NCBI GenBank assembly: GCA_035084275.1
Contig: CM068762.1
Coordinates: 6,820,001 to 6,884,000 of the forward strand
Direction: 5' to 3'
Length of the DNA stretch: 64,000 bases
Source of the DNA: Hydrolagus colliei
Lineage: Eukaryota
Shown: piece after piece, positions 60,795 to 64,000 of the stretch
How positions within the stretch are numbered: position 1 is the stretch's first letter
Layout: the number at the start of each line of letters is the position of its first letter
Notes under the pieces: generated by a model
Database searches by the model: none
What the model saw: the letters and a program-made list of their open reading frames with translations, nothing else
Told to the model about the DNA's origin: nothing
Program-made: the position numbers and the translations under genes

Positions 60795-62419
60795 AATGTT
60801 ATTTTTAATATTATGTGCCTATCTTTAATAAGCACTGAACTGACCTGTTCATGCCCATAAGTGGTCTGTTATTATTCATTGCACTTTCAGTGCTTTGTTG
60901 CTGTGTTGAAGCTGCATGTATGCGTTTCTTTAAGCAGAATTCTAATGATAAAAAAAATCTAGGAATGAATGTGCGAGAGCTCTGCAATCCATAAATACCA
61001 TCCCTAGTTATCTCCCATACTTCATTGGAATCACAACTGCTTAATGATCAACTTTGCTTGCCTCCCTGGGCAAATAATTCCAAATACTGTACAAACCATC
61101 CTCTGTGTAAACTAGTTAAATGCAATCTGCTCTGTGCTCCCCCCACCCCTCTCCTCTTCTGAACTCAAGACTTTATTGTGGATTTCTTGACTCTTTTTAT
61201 GAGTCTGTTTGTGGGACACTGCTAGGCGTAATTGACTGGCACATTGTGACGCACCCACAATGTATACAATGGCACTTTACTGTTGTTCTGTTAAGCGTTG
61301 TGGGACGTCTCAAAGATATCCTCATTCAACCCACTTCTTACATCTAAGGCTGTTGCACCTTCAAGTTCTTTCACTCCCTAGCTCCAATGCTATCCTGTCC
61401 CACGCTTTGAAATTTGGGGTGGGGGAGTAAATATTTTTCTAATTGTACTTTGGCCTAAGGTTTAACATTGTTTTGTACAAATCACGCTTTACACCATTTA
61501 TACCAACTTGGCTACTGACTTTCTCTCTCTCTCTCCCTCGCCAATCATAATTCAAAAAGGTGTTGATTGACCAGTTGTCTTTAATCTTTCTGTGCTTTTT
61601 AAACTGTGTTTTCAGTGGGTTACTTTTTAATGTTTATGTCAAGAACAAGGGTAGTTAAGAAATCTTCTGTGGTGTGACTTGATACCTGAGGCAGTTCTTT
61701 TAGCGCTTGACTCCCTGCCCAGGATGTTGTGGTTCAAGTCCCAGCTTGGCCTAATACTTGAACCTAGTATGCCTCTGGGCTGAGAGTGGTGTTTCACTTC
61801 AGGGGGAGAGAGAGGAGGAACCTTTCCACTTCTCCCATTTCACTCTCCCTGGAGGCTGATCACAAAATATCCGTTGACAGCAACTGCAAAGATGTCCATA
61901 GCTCCCCCTCCCCTTTTTTCTGCAGGACTGGGGGGAAGGGAGGGAATGGGAAGTGTTTAGGAACACACGATGATAATCCTTGCGTTTGATCTAGCGCCTT
62001 TCATGTCAAGAGAACATCTCAAAGTGCCTCTCTGGGTTTACTGTAAAGTGTAACAATTGTGTAGTCGAGGAGAGAACACTGAAATCATTTTTGGAAATGT
62101 TATGTAATATAACAAAACTTGCCTTTGATACAGCGCCTTATCATGCCATTGAAGCATTGCGAAACAGTTCACAGGATTTACTGTAGAATGCATTCACTGT
62201 GTATATGTAGCATGAATGTGGCATCCAATTGGCACACAGCAATAATAATCATTGCATTTGATCTAGCACCTTCTCACGTCTTCAAGATGTCTCAGAGCTC
62301 TTCACAGAATGTACTATAAAGTGAAAATACTATTAGAGCATTAATATCATTAACAACAACAACAAAATTACATTTATAGAGTGACTTTCACATTGGCCAT
62401 GAAGTGAATGCTCAATATT

Positions 62420-62645
62420 ATCTGAAACAGAAGTTGCTGGGGGAAACTCAGCAGGTCAGCCAGCAACCATGGAGAAAGGAAAATGAGTCAACATTTCAGG
62501 TCTACAACCCTTCGTCAGAACTGGGGCTTGTTTGGAGGGAGAGGTTTTTAAAGACGTTAGAGGGGGAGAGGCAGAACATGGAAGACAACAACAACTTCTG
62601 TTTCAGATTCAGATTCCCAGCATCTGTAGTACTTTGTGTTTTGTT
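62420..62645. mobile_element. Inverted-repeat element remnant, possibly Penelope-like terminal sequence
   Basis: 17-bp perfect inverted repeat (62420-62436 and 62592-62608) with ctcagcaggtcag...cccttcgtcagaactgg and ccagcatctgtag motifs. Family assignment is from memory only. Confidence 0.45.
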
Positions 62646-62699
62646 TTTGCTCAATTTTATCTGTTGGACACCATAAGAAACTTTCTTCTCTTCATGAAT

Positions 62700-62877
62700 A
62701 GTGCCAGGTAGAATCTTTAGTGTCCACCTGAAAAATACAGAAGGGAAGTACTCTAACATCTGACACAAAGGATAGCACTTCCAACAATGCAGCACTGCCC
62801 CCAACACTGCATTGTAAAGTCAGCCTAGAACCTACACCCTTCCGACTCGGAGATGAGGGATCTACCAACTGAGCCAG
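62700..62877 (-). mobile_element. Old Deu-domain SINE remnant
   Basis: Reverse complement reads tggctcagttggtag (tRNA-like head) then ggctgac...gcagtgctgcattgttggaagtgc. Similar remnants lie near 21420, 22480, 27870, 31380, 43500 and 45790. Confidence 0.6.
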
Positions 62878-62956
62878 AATGACAATTTATGAGTGTTCAG
62901 TCTTCTCATACAAGCTACATGTTTGAGTGTTTGATTCATACAATAGGGAATATCCG

Positions 62957-63300
62957 AGTCCTGTACCTCAGTGGTTAGAGCACTCACCCTACAAGCGAGA
63001 GACCTGGATTCGATTCCCGCAGGGCAAAATGTTGGGCAAGTTTACTTACTTCATGTGCCTCTATTTACCTAGCAGTAAGTAGTCGATTTGCAGACTGTTT
63101 TTCCGAGAGCAATAATTCCTTCAAAAATGTATTAATTTTTAAATATTGGTCACTTGATCCAGGACTTTGTGGGACGCTGCTGTGCGCAATTGGCTGCCAC
63201 GTTTCGCCCATTAAATATACTGTCAATTCACTTTACAGTACATTCTGTGAGACATCTCGAAAGAGTGTTGAGGCGCTATATCGAATGCAAGGATTATTAT
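62957..63300 (+). mobile_element. tRNA-derived SINE, full length
   Basis: cctgtacctcagtggttagagcact head, ggattcgattccc B box, family core and tail. Confidence 0.85.
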
Positions 63301-64000
63301 CATTATATCGTGCAGGGTTTGAGCTTGTGCTGGATTTTATCAAGGTGTCAGTTACACCATGTTAGTGAAGAGGATCACAAAATGTACCACTGATGCTCTT
63401 GGCTATATCTCTTGGATTTAGTTTCCAAAAAAGGAATTGTGTGGTGGGAAAGTTGTCATTGTGGTTTTAATAAACACATTAGCGGTGACCAGATTTTGGG
63501 ACATCAAGTACTAACTTGACTTTCTTGACAATTTGGTCAAAATAAAGATTACCATGGCTGTAGTTTCTTTTGAATAGAAACCCACAGAATAATTAAGAGT
63601 ACTTAAATAAAATTGTCTCTCTCAGTGAATCTGTGGGATCAATCGCTTCTAGCTGTATAATAGCTGCAACTTGTAATGAATTATTCTAAACCGTTAGGTG
63701 GGTAGAATAGTGAAGAAGATATATTTTCGGCCATGCAAAAATAATGTTGTTATCTGACGGCAGAGAGGTGTTAGCGAGTGCATCAGTGATCCTCTCACGG
63801 CTCTAAATGACAATTAAAAACAACACCATTGTGCTTTTACAACACCATTTACATAGAGTATTGTCTCAGAGTGCTTAGGCCGAATGCCAGACCATGTGAG
63901 GGGTGATGCGATCTGAAGATGGACAAGGAGGGGGTAATGCAGAGGGACTGAGACAAACAGCTGTAGGGTCTTGAGGCGTAGTCGATGAAAGCACAGTGTC

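Noticed and set aside
47954-64000. Further LGR6 exons (expected 72-nt LRR exon starting DLSMNN)
   Set aside because: No matching sequence found by eye; a long first intron is usual for LGR4/5/6 genes, though a missed exon cannot be excluded.

Overview
Vertebrate genomic DNA; the CR1, L2 and Deu-type SINE repeats suggest a cartilaginous fish, which is an inference. Bases 1-33220 (+) hold the 3' part of a large receptor-type protein tyrosine phosphatase (PTP) gene. I traced 41 coding exons with GT/AG boundaries and a continuous reading frame (about 2,715 codons visible; the gene starts upstream of the window). The ectodomain has at least 23 FN3 exons in a near-perfect 1251-bp tandem array, two 273-nt exons per unit. 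Next come a transmembrane exon and two PTP domains with matching exon lengths, both retaining the KNRY, WPD, HCSAGVGR and Q-loop motifs. About 14.5 kb downstream on the same strand is coding exon 1 of an LGR6-like gene (47769-47953), followed by intron to the end of the window. This gene order matches mammalian PTPRV-LGR6. The rest is mostly SINE/LINE fragments and microsatellites, plus a perfect 35-bp inverted repeat in the LGR6 intron. Exon calls are by manual reading only; there is no transcript evidence here.
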